A stretch of 64,000 bases of DNA, from positions 2,172-66,171 of the forward strand of contig JBIOVX010000013.1 in NCBI GenBank assembly GCA_044868005.1. The letters are read 5' to 3'. Source of the stretch: Thermoanaerobaculia bacterium (GTDB taxonomy: Bacteria; Acidobacteriota; Thermoanaerobaculia; Multivoradales; UBA5704). This document shows, piece by piece, positions 63,401 through 64,000 of the stretch; the first letter of the stretch is position 1, and each line of letters opens with the position of its first letter. Below the pieces are notes generated by a model that ran no database searches, was not told the origin of the DNA, and worked only from the letters and a program-made list of their open reading frames with translations. The translations under genes and the position numbers were made by a program.

Positions 63401-63437
63401 CAGGTCGAGGGCCCGAGGCCATGCGTCAACCGGCGCG

Positions 63438-63869
63438 ATGAACACCGAGCACCACCGATCCGCGGGCGGTCTGGTGGTCGACGGCAGCCGCATCCTCCTG
63501 ATCTCCACCCAGGCCGGCCGGCGCTGGCAGCTCCCCAAGGGGCACATCGAGCCGGGGGAGAGCCCCGAGCAGGCCGCGGTGCGGGAGGTGCGCGAGGAGA
63601 CGGGCGTCACCAGCCGCGTGGTGGCCGCGCTGCCGGGCGTCGAGTACTGGTTCGTGGAGAAGCGGGCCCGGCGCGTCCACAAACAGGTGGAGTACTTCCT
63701 GCTGGCCTACGTCAGCGGCGACACACGCGATTTCGACGCTCACGAGGTCTCTGGCGCCGAGTGGTTCTCCTGGGATGTGGGGATCGCCAGGCTCAGCTTC
63801 GACAACGAGCGGCGGGTGGCGCAGGCGGCGCGCGAGATCGCCGAGTCCGGCCGCCAGGCGTTCGGATAA
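63438..63869 (+). CDS. NUDIX hydrolase
   Basis: The Nudix box is GHIEPGESPEQAAVREVREETGV. Confidence 0.85.
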   Translation: MNTEHHRSAGGLVVDGSRILLISTQAGRRWQLPKGHIEPGESPEQAAVREVREETGVTSRVVAALPGVEYWFVEKRARRVHKQVEYFLLAYVSGDTRDFDAHEVSGAEWFSWDVGIARLSFDNERRVAQAAREIAESGRQAFG

Positions 63870-63890
63870 GATCGGCCGGGAGGGATCCAC

Positions 63891-64000
63891 ATGCTGCGAG
63901 CCCTGCTGCAAATCGTGCTCAACGGCGTGGCCGTCTTCATCGCGGCCTACTTGGTGCCGGGCATCACCTACAGCGGCAGCCTGCTGTATCTGCTGCTCGT
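63891..64000 (+). CDS. Small membrane protein, phage-holin-4-like/YvlD family, 3' end outside window
   Basis: ATG 63891. The N-terminus MLRALLQIVLNGVAVFIAAYLVPGITYSGSLLYLLL matches the family N-terminus from memory. Only 36 codons are visible. Confidence 0.5.
   Translation, partial: MLRALLQIVLNGVAVFIAAYLVPGITYSGSLLYLLL

Overview
This is a 64 kb high-GC chromosomal window. Hand counts of single 60-nt lines give 44/60 G+C in typical sequence, against 31/60, 27/60 and 33/60 in three low-GC islets. The organism is a diderm bacterium (outer-membrane beta-barrels ending in Phe, lipoboxes, Sec and Tat signals); the phylum cannot be fixed from the sequence alone. No rRNA, tRNA, CRISPR array, transposase or integrase was seen.

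Block 1 (1-28.5 kb) is one uninterrupted plus-strand gene train with gaps of 0-27 nt or overlapping stop/start codons.
- It opens with the distal half of an extracellular contractile injection system (eCIS): gpJ-like baseplate, gpI-like wedge, four fibre or receptor-binding-like ORFs, an OM-barrel protein, a repeat protein in the tape-measure position, and an Afp15-type AAA+ ATPase.
- Next comes a 1951-aa DUF4157 protein. Its last ~430 codons, together with a translationally coupled 132-aa ORF, form a sharp low-GC cassette, read here as a candidate GIY-YIG-like nuclease plus HTH toxin with its immunity protein.
- A pentapeptide-repeat protein and two glycosyltransferase genes follow with overlapping stop/start codons.

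Block 2 (28.5-42.3 kb) is respiratory and copper-related.
- It holds a TetR regulator with a visible operator and two SDR paralogs.
- It then holds heme O synthase, SCO, a CRTAC1-like protein and an aa3-type oxidase in the order I-III-IV-x-x-II, followed by DUF420.
- It ends with a Cys-rich Tat-signal peptide plus DUF692 (MNIO) plus DUF2063, a bufferin-type RiPP metallophore cluster.

Block 3 (42.4-56.3 kb) starts with a decayed lnt fragment. The rest is a maltodextrin locus: two GH13 enzymes, an ABC transporter with an N-terminally extended MalF, two glucodextranase-DOMON-like proteins and a large OM barrel.

Block 4 (56.3-64 kb) is housekeeping (SDR, DUF72, epimerase, aconitase, YqgE, NUDIX) plus a low-GC islet carrying two tiny divergent ORFs and an orphan terminator.

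Two families of extragenic palindromic repeats recur in the intergenic gaps.

The strongest candidate for something new is the eCIS cargo region at 17.5-28.5 kb, together with the unusual fibre, OM-barrel and glycosyltransferase passengers.
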